Below, piece after piece: positions 25,301 through 40,300 of a stretch of 64,000 nt of DNA. The notes beneath the pieces are model-generated. The model saw nothing but the letters and a program-made list of their open reading frames with translations, did not search any database and had not been told where the DNA came from. Source of the DNA: Antedon mediterranea (taxonomy: Eukaryota; Animalia; Echinodermata); the NCBI RefSeq assembly GCF_964355755.1, contig NC_092674.1, forward strand, positions 30,008,001 to 30,072,000, read 5' to 3'. Position numbers and translations under genes: made by a program. Position 1 is the first letter of the stretch. Each line of letters opens with the position of its first letter.

Positions 25301-28300
25301 AAAGTTTCTGAGGAGTCTTTAAAGAAAGTGAGACAGAAATTTGATAATGATGAATTTTATACTGTGAATATTACAGCAAATCCAATAGAAACATCATCTT
25401 GTGATGAAGACAAAGATAAATCATTTGTTGGTTTTAAGACTGGAAGAGGATATACAGTTAGAGTTTCTGAGGAATCCTTAAAGAAAGTGAAACAGACATT
25501 TGAAAATGATGACTTTCTGAATGTAAAAAATAATCCACTTCACACAGCAAATCCATTTGAAACATCATCTTGTTGTAATAAAGACAAAGATGAACCATTT
25601 GTTGATTTTACGACTGGGAGAGGAAAGAAAGTGAAAATATCTGAAGAATCTTTAAAGAAAGTTAAACAAACATTTGATGATGAAGACTTTGCTACATTAT
25701 TAAACGTAAATAATGATGCTAGTCATTCAAGAAGTTTGACAGTGACTAGTAAGCCAGATATTGATAAGCCATTTGTTGGTTTTAAGACTGGGAGAGGAAA
25801 GAAAGTGAAAATATCTGAAGAATCTTTGAAAAAAGTGAAACAAACATCTGATGATGGTGAAGATTTAACTGATTTTACCTCCTCAAGCTTTAATAACAAC
25901 GCTAGTCATTCAATTTTATCATCGTTTAATAAGCCAGATATCCGTAAACCATTTGCAGGTTTTATGACTGGGAGGGGAAAACAAGTGAAAATATCTGAAG
26001 AATCATTAAAGAAAGTAAAACAAACATTTGATGATGAAAACATGAACGCAGTAAACATTAATAACAACGCTAGTTATTCAGTTTCATCATCATTTAATAA
26101 GCCAGATATCGATAAGCCGTTTGCAGGTTTTATGACAGGAAGAGGAAAGAAAGTGAAAATATTGGAAGAATCTTTAAAGAAAGTTAAACAAACTTTTGAT
26201 AATGAAGATTGTTCATCTGATGCTCTCATGAATGAATTGACAAAGACGTCTGACACAATGGAAAAAGACAGCCAGGTCACGCCTTTTATAAAAACTGTGC
26301 CGCATAGCTCACACAGTAACAAACAATTTATTGGTTTTATGACTGGAAGAGGAAACAAAGTGAACATATCTGAGGAATCTTTGAAAAAAGTAAAACAAAC
26401 ATTTGATGAAGAAGAAATTGATACAGCCAACATTAATAATAATTGTAGTCATTCAAGAAATTTGAAAGTGACGTCGTCTAGTAAGTCACAAAAGGATAAG
26501 CCATTTGCAGGTTTTATGACTGGGAGAGGAAACAAAGTAAAAATATCTGAAGAATCTTTGATGAAAGTGAAACAAACATTTAATGATGAAGAAATTAACG
26601 CAGTAAAAATTAATAACAACTCTAGTAATTCAATTTTGTCATCTAATAAGCCACAAATGGATAAGCCATTTGCAGGTTTTATGACTGGAGGAGGGAAAAA
26701 AGTGAAAATATCTGAAGAATCTTTGAAAAAAGTAAAACAAACATTTGATGAAGACATTGATACAGCCAAAGTTAATAATAATTGTAGTCATTCAAGAAAT
26801 TTGGGAGTGATGGTGTTCAGTAAGTCACACAAGGATAAGCCATTTGCAGGTTTTATGACTGGAAGAGGGAACAAAGTGAAAATATCGGAAGAATCTTTGA
26901 AAAAAGTGAAACAATCATTTGATGATTTTGAAGATACTACTGATTTTACCTCCGCAAGCTCATCAAATTGGGAAAATAAGTCACTCTCTACTTCATTACA
27001 CAAACCATTAGAAGTGTTTAGGACTGGTAAAAGAAATGCTGTATCAATTTCAGAAGCCTCTTTAAAAAAGGTTCAACAAAAATGTGATAATGTGATATTG
27101 TTTGATAATAATATTGTTCCTAATGTTACTGTAACAACAAGTGAAGTGGGCACCAGTTCAGGATTCACTGGGTTCAAAACCGCAGGAGGTACATCTGTTC
27201 CGGTTTCTGCAGACTCACTGAGCAAGGTTAAAATGGTCCTGGAGAACCAGAATGTTAGCATGGACCTTAAAGATACCAATTTCATACCAGCATTTATTAC
27301 TGGGAGAGGGAACCAAGTCGATATATCTGATGATGCTATTCGACATGGAAAGCAACTTCTTTGTAATGTAGAAGATAAAATACCAAATAAAAGCCAAGTT
27401 GTACCTGCTGCTACAAGATCAATACCAGGCTTTCATACTGCTCGAGGGTCAAAGGTTGATATTTCAGATGCTGCTATCAAACACGTTCAAGATGTTCTTC
27501 AAGATCAGACATCAATGAAGAACTCTGAGATGTCCTCATTAGAAGATGTGCTTCTTCGTGAAGAACTTGAGAAGATGTCCAAAAGCAAGGAAAACTTGTT
27601 ACTCAGAAGGAATCAATCTAACCGTAATACGACGACTCCTACAGGTTCATTCAGGCAGAATGCATCATATACACATAGCTTGGACAAGTCAGTCTCAGTA
27701 CAAGGTATTCTTTGATTTCAAATACTCTTTTTTGCACTACCTATTGTCTTGTTTTCTACAAATTTAGAATGATGATTTTGACATTCCAATATACAGTAAT
27801 CACATTTGTTTATTTAGTAGATTCTTGCTCCAAAGACATCAGGCAAGAAGGAAGTCGATCTTTCAAAACTTCCCCAGAACGTAAGTTTAAATGTTTTTTA
27901 GTTTAAATTAAATGGAATAAGTTATAACATGAATAATGTGACTATTTAAATTTAAGAATATAAATTAATAATAATAATTTAACATTTTCTTTTATAGATA
28001 TTTTATCAGATAGGATCTTACCAGGCAGCATTACTCATCAGTTTAAGTCGCACCCTAAGTCTAGTTTTAAGTAAGGTTAAATGATCAATTACATTATTAA
28101 TTAAAAATATTAATTAAGTATATAATCTCTAATTATTGCTTTGATCTATTTGTATTACTGTGTAATAAAGCTAACACACTTATGTAAGTAAATTCTTGGT
28201 TATTTTTCATAGGAGAGGAAGTAACTTGGGCTCTGAAACTGTAAACAAATTTACAACTCCTTTTAAAGAAGGGGCAAGTTCAAAGTTCAAATCAGGCCCC

Positions 28301-31300
28301 CAGCCAAGTAGATTATTTGACAAACCTGCATCATCCAGAAGAACGGTTGTAGGACCATTTGCAAAGAAATTAAAGCTGGATTTGTCATCAGAAAATGGTG
28401 TTGTTGATGAATTGTGTGTGAAAGATGGCAACTGTGTTCAGTCCTCTATAAGAGAACAGAGTAACAGAATTCAAGGAAAGAAGGTTTGTAATGACATTCG
28501 ACCTCTGTCGTTTTTCAGTGCATTGCACTAACAGCCCTTCCAGTTGAATCAATTGGTTACAGAAACAACAATAGTTGCCCTTACATCCCAATACAAATAC
28601 AATCAAAGTATTTCCTAAATGTTTTTATGGCCTTATTTCATTGAAATAATATTCATATTTTATTGCAGAACTACACTGTGAAACCTTCAAGAGGAATTCT
28701 CCGTCACAAACGGAAAACGTCGGAGAGGATCAAACTTGGTAAGGCAGTTCATGGAGCTCTCCCAGGACAGCATTCTAAAGAACAAGTAATGTTACTTTAT
28801 TTATCTTTCATTTGAATGATTATTATTTCTCTATTACAAAAAATAACTTGTGTTATGTAACACCTGTGCATAAACAAATTAATTCCATTTCACATTAGAT
28901 GTTCTATTATGGTGTGCTGCCCTCAACGGTTGCTATTTCTGCTGATTCAGCTGAGGAGTTCCAGCTTGATGGATCAGACCATTTTTCAGAAGGGGTGCTC
29001 TCATCTGGAGGAATCAAACTTGCAGATGGTGGTACGCTCGTCTTTGATGATGCCGGTAAAGCAGGAAAGAAAGAATTCTATAAGTATGATAAACTTATTT
29101 GATAATGTTTATGTAACTTTATTATAAAGCTTTGTCTACACTATCAAACTAGTTTGACAAAAAAGGTGTGGTGTGCCCAAATATGGTGGTGATATACCCA
29201 AATATGGCAGTTATGACATCATCAAGTTTATATATGGGCACGTCACATTTTTTTGTCACATAAAGTTTGATAGTATAGACAGAGTTTTAAGTTCACATTT
29301 TTATGTAAAAAACTTGCTTATCAAATAAAAATAAATTATTTAATGTTTTTATTAATTATTGTCTTATTATTGCAGTGCTTTATTAGACACACCTGGAGTT
29401 GAGCCACGGCTTGTGGCCCCAGAATGGCTCAGCAACCATTATCGGTGGATTGTGTGGAAGTTAGCATCTCTTGAGCGTTCATACCCAAGCCACTTTGGAG
29501 GAAGGTAATTGAACTGATGTCATAATCTCTATCAAATTGTTCCATATTATATTACAGTCAACTCTCCCAATACCGGACACCTTTGGGCCGGCCAAATATG
29601 TCTGGTTTTCCGGAAAGTCTGGTATTATAGTGGTAAAAATGATTTTGGGACTGGTTGGACTTCAGAAAGAAAGGAAAGTCTGGTATTGGGAGAGGTTCCG
29701 GTTTTCAGAGAGTCTGGTATTGGAAAAGTTGACTGTACTATGAATTCCAGTTACTTCACAACAATAAATAAGAAGTTTTAATTCATACCTTACTGCTTTG
29801 TATAGATTACTTACTCCAGAATCAGTCTTGCTTCGATTAAAGTACCGATATGATCGTGAGATCGATGAAACTCAACGATCGGCTATAAAGATGATAACTG
29901 AAAGAGATGATACACCATCTAAAACTATGGTACTGTGCGTTGCATCTGTGTTTGATCACAGTACTGATCACACCACTAGCCCTTCCACTAGCCCAAACAA
30001 AGCAAAAGCTGTAAGTTGCTTTTTTCTCCCGATATTAATTGCAGGAATTTCCTGATATTTTCAAATGTTTTGGATAGACAAAAAAAAATGGATGACTATA
30101 ACCAGTTTTTTAAGACTTTTTATTTTAACCAATGTTATGGCAGTATGTAAAGCACAACTGATTATGAGTTATAAGTGTTAATGGTAACTTTCCGAAACTT
30201 TGTGAAATCTAAATAGTATTGTAACATAATCTATTTTAGACGCAGACAAGTATATTACTGACTGATGGCTGGTATAGCATCCCAGCCAATATTGATCCAG
30301 CCCTACAACGATTTGTGAAAACAGGAAAGCTGACAGTTGGTCAGAAGATTATCATTCACAGTGCAGAGTTGACCGGTTCCCAAGAGGCTTGTCCGCCACT
30401 TGAGGTATTCAAAATGGGAGTGTTTGTGGGTGTTTTTATCTTATTTAGGGACCACAGAGGAAATAAGTTGCTTTTTGTACTTTTATGTGTTTTTTATCCT
30501 TGTTTAATCCACTTGATCAACAGAATGAATAAAAACTAGATTTGAACTCGTCACTACGTACGAGTTAGGTTATCCGCAGCGCAAAAGCCACGCGCACGAT
30601 ATAAGTTAGAATATTGCGCGCAGAAAAACGATTATGCCATTTAAAAAATGTTAGTGCGCTCTCTATTTTGCGTCACGTCTGAGTATATACGGTATACACT
30701 ATATAATGTATACGTACTACATACAGTGCAGAATAGGTTAAAATAAGTGACCAAAGTTATTGACGCTTTTGGACATGATGACGTCATAACAATTTTAAAA
30801 ATGGTGAATCATTCGAAAAATAATTGATTGACCTAGGCAATATATAAAAATGGGGGAAAATGGAATACGGATAAGTGGAGATGCGCTCTATTAAATGTGA
30901 TGAGCTATGACGAAAGAGACAAAAATCCTATATTTGATATTCGTGTGGCCATACGATGACGTCACAATGTCCGGTTTGCCAAATCGATGCATGATTCTAT
31001 ATCTACAACTCATCTACATTCAGAATATGTAATTTTAAAAAAGTTCACCACGTAGTTTAGAATCTATGACTGTTTAAAAAAAGGCATAATTTTGACAAAT
31101 TTTTGAACTTTTTCATCAAAAATGCGCGTAAATTGTTTAATTCTACGTGCTCGTATGACGTGATTTTAAGTCGAAATTTATTGAAAATTGGTAAATTTAC
31201 TAGAAAATGCTGGAAAAACAAAAATCAAGCAAAAAAAAGAGGTTTTTGCGCTACGTGCGCACGCGCGCGTAAAAAAAGTGCGCAAGCTTGGGAATTTTTG

Positions 31301-34300
31301 AAATGCTCAAAATGACATGAAACGCGTAGAAAATTGATTAGAAGTTGATTTTTCGCATTTTCAAATTTTAAACGCGCGTGCGCGCGTAACTTTCTGCGCA
31401 ACCTGCCATTTTTAATCCATAGAAAGTTTGCGCATGATATAACTTAAATTTTCACCTAGTTTCAATACAAAATGAATTTTGGTTTTTAATCTATGATCAA
31501 TCATTGAAATTCATAAAATCGCGCGTAACTTACGCTGCGCAACTCGGATGAGACAGAAAACCTTATTACGACATCTTCAAATAGAGATCAATCTTCTCAT
31601 AAAGTTATACAATGTTATGTTAAGAAGATTTAGAGATACACTAGCAACAAAATTCGTGGAAAGAAAGAAGAATATAGAAAAAAAAAAAAAAGAAAAAAAA
31701 AAAGATCCTGACAATAACAAGAGGTTATCCGCCAAGTGCGGATAACCAAAAATAATTCCATAGCTCTAATTCAAATAAAACATTTTATTATCTTCATCTG
31801 TAAATAAATAAGAGAATCATTAATTGGTCAGACCATCTTATAATTGACAACATTTCTTGGTATGTTACTGGTAATATATCTATTTTTTGTCAGTATTCAT
31901 CTTATTATGTTTATATTTCTCTCTTTCTAGGCACCTCCGACTTTAAAACTGAAGATATCAGCAAATTCAACTCGTAGAGCACGGTATGACACAAAGCTTG
32001 GATTTCAACGCAACCCCCAGCCCTTTACGGTGCTCTTATCGTCCTTGTATGGGGAGGGTGGTATGGTCGGATGTTTAGATGTAGTTGTTGCGAGAGCTTA
32101 TCCCATTATGGTAAGTACATCTTGTTGAGCTCTGTCTACACTATCAAACTACTTTGACAAAAAAAGTGTGATGTTCCCAAATATGGTAGTGATATGACAT
32201 CATCATGTCCATATATGGGCACATCACATTTTTGTGACATAAAGTTTGATAGTGTAGACAGAGCGTAAACAATTAGACAACCTTTTGTTTAGAGTTTGTT
32301 TATCTGTGAATGAGCTTCTTGACTAAGGGTATTCTTTGATCGATTGGAGAGAGCGAGACGTTCTCAGCATTACGGTTTTATCTATTAATCTTTCAATAGG
32401 CAGGAGAATATAGTACACTTTCAGATATTCATTTTTTAGATATGCTTTTACCATTTTAAATAGTTTTATAGTATATAGAATGGGAGAGTATACTGAGAGG
32501 CTAGCATAAAGTGGTTTTTTTTTCTAGTTTAACCCTTTCACTGCGTATACCCGGTACTACTGGGTATAAACAGACGTCGTTGAAAAACGCATACCCGGTA
32601 ATACCGGGTATGGGAAAAACAATTATTTATTCGTATTTGCCTATAATATATAGCACCCTCTGTATTTTTTCGATGAACTTGAATTTTTTTGCAAGTCATT
32701 AAAACTTTTTTCCAGGAAAAAAAACGGCCCTCTATAGTTGTATTATCGTCTTGAAAATAATGCGCCCTATAGTTATATTATATATAGTATTGTATATATA
32801 ATAGTATTTCTATCTTGGAAAGTTGTTTTGAGTAGCGTAATGGCGGCCATTTTGAAAGTAACACAAATTTACCAGCCCCAATAGGGCAACATAGTGTTTA
32901 TCACAACACTCAAAAAAAAAAAATTCTGAAACAATAGTTAGTTTTTGTACTATAGTGAATTTTTTTAAAATGTCATTATTTTCACGATTTTGCCCCAAAA
33001 CTTTGATTTGTACATAATTTTTATAAAACAATATAAATAATTCAAATTTTTAAAATATTTGTATTTGTTATACGTATCTTCATCAATATCCAGTTGGGAA
33101 AACGTATTCCATAAGAATTTCTTATAGAAAATATAGTTTTTATCATTGATTCGATAAAAAACATGAAATCCAAAATACCTGTAATGACGTCACATGACGT
33201 CATCAATATGCAAATTACTTTTTTTTTTATACCTAACTGTAGACTAACCCTTTGCCCATCACACACCACAAAAATAATTATACAATTATCTCAATTAGTA
33301 TTTTTTTGCAATTAATTAAGATATCATATGTTTTTCCTAAATATATATTACGCACAGAGGTGGGAAGAATGCTCCGCAGTGAAAGGGTTAAAATTATTAT
33401 TAAACCACCTACTCTTTTTTATAGTATATGGAGAGATTAGCAGAAGGTGGTTTTGTCTTTCGGTCTGAGAAAGCCGAACGCAAAGCTGCAGCTGATTATT
33501 CAAGAAATCATCAAAAGAAAATGGAAGACATTTATTACAAGATCAGCTCAAAATTTGAAGATGCTTCCAGTGGTAGACTCTTTTCTTTTATTTAAAACCA
33601 TTTTTCTTTACGTAATTTCAGAAATATCACCCATAAAAAAAGTGTTCTCACATTGAAAAACAGCATTAATACAATTTATTTTAAATAAAAGTTGTTTTTT
33701 AATTAACTACTCAAACATGCAATGGAAACTAATTCTTTTTTAGGATTAATTTGGTTTTCCTGAATCTATTCATCTTCATATGTTTCTTCTTTTGTTTTTT
33801 CTGATGTTTTATCATTTGACTGTTATAATTATATCGACCTCTTTTAAATATATGTATGGTGTATGGATTTGAAATAAAAACAAACAAATATGAGTGATGT
33901 TTCTATATTTTTTAAGATTTGGCCCAGTAGAAAAATATTTATTTAAAACTTTTAAAAGAAAATCCAACTTTTTTTCAATTGATGCTCTGCTTGGGTAATA
34001 TAACAATTATTTTTAGGCCTAACTATTTGTTAAGTTAAATACTAGTAAGTTTGGAATGTTTGTTCCTTGATATCAATCTCTAAATTTGTTTCAAATTTGT
34101 TTTCAGAAAACAAAGGTGTAAAGAGGAAAGGAATCTGTAAGTTGTCTATCAAAGAAATATCAACAATACAAACTGGTCGTGAGATACATGAAGCAATGGA
34201 AACAGCATTTGATCCAAACTCAATCAAGGTAGGTTTTAATCTTTAAGCCCTGTTCACACCTATATCAAATAATAATACAATGATATGGCCTATTGTTGTG

Positions 34301-37300
34301 ATAAGTTAAGCTGCATTCACATTTGTTCTGTTTCACTGCATGGATGATGACTCAGTTTTATTAAATATATTAAAGAATTTTACAGTGCCATCTATGGGTG
34401 TAGTTTTTACATATTCCTACATTATAGTTAGGTTTTAATGTTTAAGCCCTTTTCACACCTATATTAATACAATGATATGGCCCATTGCTGCGATATCTCA
34501 AGGGTAAAGCTGCATTCACACTTGTTCCATTTCACTTCATGGATGATGGTTCAGTTTTATTAATTGGAATTGGACAGCGCTATCTGTGGGTGTAGTTTTT
34601 ACATATTTCCTACACTAGATATTATAGAACTGGGTTTTGGAATTGGACAGCGCTATCTGTGGGTGTAGTTTTTACATATTTCCTACATTAGATATTATAG
34701 AACTGGGTTTTGGAATTGGACAGCGCTATCTGTGGGTGTAGTTTTTACATATTTCCTACACTATAGATATTATAGAACTGGGTTTTTTCTTTTGCTAGAT
34801 GTGGTTCACTTTTAACTATTTATTTTGTCTTTTTAAAGTTAAATTATTGTTTTTGTTCGGTTTTTTCTGCAGAAGTGAATAACTGCAAAATGGCCTAATA
34901 AAAGTTTGATTTTATTCATCTCTAATATTGATGTTTTAGGGGACAATGCAAATTTTAAGTATGCCATTTGGAATTAGATTTTATAATTTAATAAAATATT
35001 ATTTCTCACATTTTGTTACAATGTATAAAGTTGCATTTGAAATTAGATTTTGTAATTTAATTGAATGCGTGTACATGTTCATTCCATTGTGTCCATATCA
35101 GAGATAATTTAAATACATTTGATTTGATTTAATCTTTTGTACCATTAAATTATAATTACAAGTTAGTAGTTACATGTTCATTGTTGTGTATTCCTTGACC
35201 CAAATCACATACAGTTTGAGTGACATCAGATTTGATTAAATGTTATTTTTTATTATGTGGTGTAACAATACTGTGGTAACCAACTAAAGCATTTTGATTT
35301 TTTTATAAGGAATAGTAGTTTAATTGTATAATTATATAGTTGGCCTAATTTATTTTTATTAGTTTTTATCATCGTGCTTTCAGAAATTCATATAGATACA
35401 CACATCATAAAGTTTAATTAAATTTAATTGCGTCACAGCATGCATTACAGTCCTTCACCCCTGATAGTACTAATACCTAACTTGCTCTTGTCTTATTTTA
35501 AAATCAACATAACAGGTGAAGATTATTTTAAAACTTTCACTAACAAATGTTTATTATGTTCAACATCACACTTTAGCGCTTCTTTTAAACACAATTTGAT
35601 TTGATTTATAAATTTTATTTAATTTCATAAAAATGGCAGACAAAAACAATGAAAAAAAATATACAGGAAACAAAAAAAGCATTAAGAAATAGAAATGCTA
35701 AGAATAAATCATGAGTGTCCTTTCTGTATTGGTTGTATCTTAATTTATAAGACTAAAACATGACATGAAAGTTGTGTGATACTGTATCACATGTTCCAAC
35801 AGGATATTGTCACATGGTCAATTAAGAATTTGCCTATACTGTATTTAATAGAGGATTCATTTAAGCTCTGTCTACACTATCAATACGTTATATGACAAAA
35901 AATGTGATGTGCCCATATATGGACATGATGATGTCATATTAAAGCATGTCACTACCATATTTGGGTACGTCACACTGGCAAGTTTGATAGTGTAGACAGA
36001 GCTTAATTTTTACTGCATCACTAGTGCTGTCTGCCCCTGATTCAAACATGGTAGTCAATCATTTGTTGATTAGGAGACATTTTGTTTCATGGTCTTGTGT
36101 TAAAATTCAGTAAGAGTCAGTTTTTCCCTACATCTATAACAACACAAGTCTTTTAGCTGTATTTTGTATTACTTTCAGATTAGTATTAATATTACATGTA
36201 TTTATCATTTTACCCAGTGTATCCCAAACAATTAGTTTTCATTGAGGCCCTGAATTTTATATTACACAAACACAGAAACTCCTGCTACTTCTATGTCTTT
36301 ACTTTCTCTTTCTAAGGACCTTTCATCCAAATCTCCTATATTAAAGGATAAATCAATAGCATAGATAAACCAGTTTTTGTATAGTGCATGATATTGTGTT
36401 TAAGAGGGAACATTAAAATCTATGTTCCATTTAATGTTCTAACAAAACACCTCAAATTCATTAGCTATTTAATTCATGTTAACCCACTTAATGCAGATTT
36501 TATTGCTAGAATATTTTAAAGCAGTTTTTATGAATAAAACAAAGATAATAAATATGTCTGAAGTGTATTAATCTTAAGCTCTGTCTGCACTATCAAACTT
36601 TATGTGACAAAAAATGTGATATGTAGTGATAATGTCACCATATTTGGGCACATCACTCCCATATTTGGGCATATTACTACCATATTTAAGAAGAAATTCA
36701 AGGAATGTACACATTAAAACCAATGTTCGATAATTCATAATTCATTCATAACACCTCTGAGAAACAGGAAAACAATGTTAGCAAACAAGAACATGATTTA
36801 TGTATTACACTTTGACATTCTGTCAAGAAACTTGAAAACAAATGTTTCTATTTGTAATGTCTTTCACATCCATTTCATTTCCTTTTTTAAAGATGAATTG
36901 TCCCCCCAAAACATGAAAAATGAAGATTAATAAAATCAGATTCTGAATAGGGCATTTTGTAGTTTTAAGAAAGTTAATCACTTAAAAAAAAAATGTTCAG
37001 AAAAGACAAACAGTTAAATTCTACCTAAAACCCATTAGCTGGCAGCCAATTTGACTATGTTTTGCTTTAAATTTCTTTCATTTTTTAAACATACATTTTA
37101 ACATTTTCCCCTAAATTTTTTTTTTGGTTAGTTTTTCTGGTAAATAATTCTTTTTTCAATACAATTTTTGGTCAAAGTGAATAACTATTATGGAACATCA
37201 AAATGACATTCAACAACATTTGAAAAAAAAAATTGTCAGGGGGACAATATATCTTGAACATTTTTGTGTGTTAATTTTAAATCCTTCATTTCAAATCTAA

Positions 37301-40300
37301 ATAAACCTAAATATCTAAAAATGTTTTTTAATATCACCATTTGTTGTGCCAAAGGGAGATTTTTACGATCAATCAATATTGAGTATACTATGCAGACAGA
37401 ATGAGTAGCCAGATCTCCTACTGTGTAGTATTATAAACAAATTAATTAATATAATGGCCTTACAATAATTGTAATACCGCCTTACTGGTGGTACATACAT
37501 ATTTTTTATAAAAGAAACTACTATACAGTAGCAGACAAATTGTTTAAAACAAATTGATATATTACAAAGTGCAATTAACTGTAATACCAACCACCTTTCT
37601 GGTACATACATTTACGGTAATATAGATATTGTTGTACACAAAACTCAAATCAAATTTTGTATTAATAAGTGCTATTAATTGTAATACCATCTTATTGGTA
37701 CATACAGTACATTTAATATATATATATATATATATTTGTTATAAAAGAAACTAAGGCAGACAAATAGAAAAAAAAGATATATTATCTTATAATATATTAT
37801 AAGTTCTAAATATTAATCCAGTGGCAAATTACTGACAAAAAATGACAATGCTGTGGGTATCACTCAGTGGCTGGAACTCAATGGAAATAACAAATAAAAT
37901 AAACACTGTAAAAAAATGACAATGCTGTGTATAATAATATATTTGATTATTAATATACTTTACTGTCTGTAACAGCAGTGTAATGACCAGCCAATGATGA
38001 TAAACTGATTTTCAATTAAAAGTACAATAAGTCTCAGATATTAGATACATAATTTAAATAATAGATTATTATTACACAAACTAAAAACTGTTCCTTTTCC
38101 TATTATTAGATGAGAAGAAAGTAATTCCTTCGAGTCCACTGATCTCTTTTGGCTATTGACTATTAAATTGATATGAGATGATAATAAATAGCTTGATGTT
38201 CAATTAACTGGACAATTGGATCTTTGCTATTCCCCTGGACCTGACAACTGATTGCTTTTTTTTCTTGTTTTGTTTAAGCAACTAATTGTCCTGATTGATA
38301 GTGAATAAATTGAGCACTCGCACCAACACTATTCCCTAGGACGCTATCAATATAAGCTTATTCAAAACAAGGTATCCATTTTGTTTAGTTTAATAGTTTT
38401 CAATTTCAGCAATTTTACTTTTATGATACCTCTATGGGAAATAGTGATACCTTTCTTTGTTATAGTTACCATCCAGTTATCAAAACTTATTCAAACTTAA
38501 TTTAAAAAACCCTCCTAAATTAACAAGAATTCTGCTTTCTTAAATAATTTTCTTAATAAAATGAACTTATATTTATGATTATTATTATTTCAAAAAGATT
38601 TTAGATTTTTTTAATTAAATCATGGAAGTAAAACAAATTATCCTCCTTGTCAATAAAAATTAATTTTGATGATCAATTTATGACATATTATGGCAATTTA
38701 AATCAATCAAGCCTACATGATGTACCTGCACACGACTACGTTCCCTTGGGTCTAACAAGTCACCCGTCCCCTGACTTTATGACAAGTATATTATACCCAT
38801 TCTCCAGCAACTCAAGGCCTAGCCTAATAATTTGCATTCAAATGCCAAGTTTATGCTTATTCAACACCTGCTAAAAGTCCTTCTTTATGAGTACTTCATC
38901 TTTATTGTTTGATGTCAAAGAAGCATCATAATCTAATACATGTTTCCAATTTATGGCAATAAAACTTAAAGTATTTGATACAGCCTAAGATCGGTGCTAA
39001 TGCTTAAATACTAAGTAAATGATGCTGAGCTTATGAGGCAGAGCTGCTTATGACATGGCCTAGACTACCCCATGGGTGATATCATCTCCTAGTCTCTGAT
39101 CACTTGCCAAAGCTTACTGCATCCCAAGAGGATGCCACCAGCTTTCACTAATCCTACCAAAGCTCTATAAACGTGTTGTAGAATCAATTAAATATCATAG
39201 TTCTTCTACTCAATGTTTTTCTTCAATGCGATCTCCATAAAATTTTGTTTTAGTAGTCATATCTGGCAGACTATCTCGGATCAAAACAGTTTACACTGTT
39301 TTATTCTTGTATTTACTTTTAAAGCTATTAAAAAACATAGACTCATAGTAATAAAACTCTTTTTATATTCTATCAATGTTCAATATAATCTGTCATATTG
39401 ATAGTTGATGTCATTTACTTAGTTTGTCTTAAGGGAAATAGAAGCAAGCTAGCATTCCTAAATGCTAATTTTCTCATTGTAACAGCATAATTGAGTTGAA
39501 CCATGATTGATGGCACAATTCAATAGAAAGTGGAGTAATTTGATATTAATAGTTGTTTTTTGGGTAATAATAATAATAATAATAATAATAATGATTTAAA
39601 TATACTCCCTTGAGTTGACTTATTTCTATTTTAGTTTTTTTTTCATTCAATTATTTGTTACTACATTGGCTCTTTTTTTATAAGCTCACCCTTGAGTTGT
39701 CTTATTTCCATATTGTATAAGACCATCTTGAGTATTACCCTACCCTGTTTATAAGCCCATCTGTGCCTATGCCCACTTGGGTCTAAGCCCACCCTGACCC
39801 AAAGTATTTTTTATGAAGAGTAATACACACGTGTGGGTATTATCGAATATAGCCCTATCCCTATGAATGATAAAGGTCTTTTTCGTCCATATCTTTAATT
39901 TTTTAATAAGTTATAAATTGAGACTTTTTTTTTACTAATTTCATCTGATGTATATTTGCATAACTTGTATTTTTATGAGGTTAAATTATAGATTAACTAA
40001 AAACGAGGAATTATGCTGAACCTAAGGTAAATAACATAAACATTACTGTTATAATATAACAGTTAAAATCTGAGGTCAGATTGCATAATATAGTTTAATT
40101 CTCACAATTAAATAGTACATGCCTCATGTGAACTTTACAAATCAAATTCAATTAATATGAAATACAAATAATGTTTTTTATTGTCACCTAATATTCCATA
40201 ATGAAAAATGTCGTAAAATTAAATTACAATAAATAATGTTGGGGCAAAGAACTGTTGTTAACATAATTTTACTTGTTTCCATCTGTTGTTTGTCCCATGG

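Noticed and set aside
24697-27285. Repetitive antisense ORFs ([11 protein letters not shown]...)
   Set aside because: Shadows of the BRC repeat coding strand.
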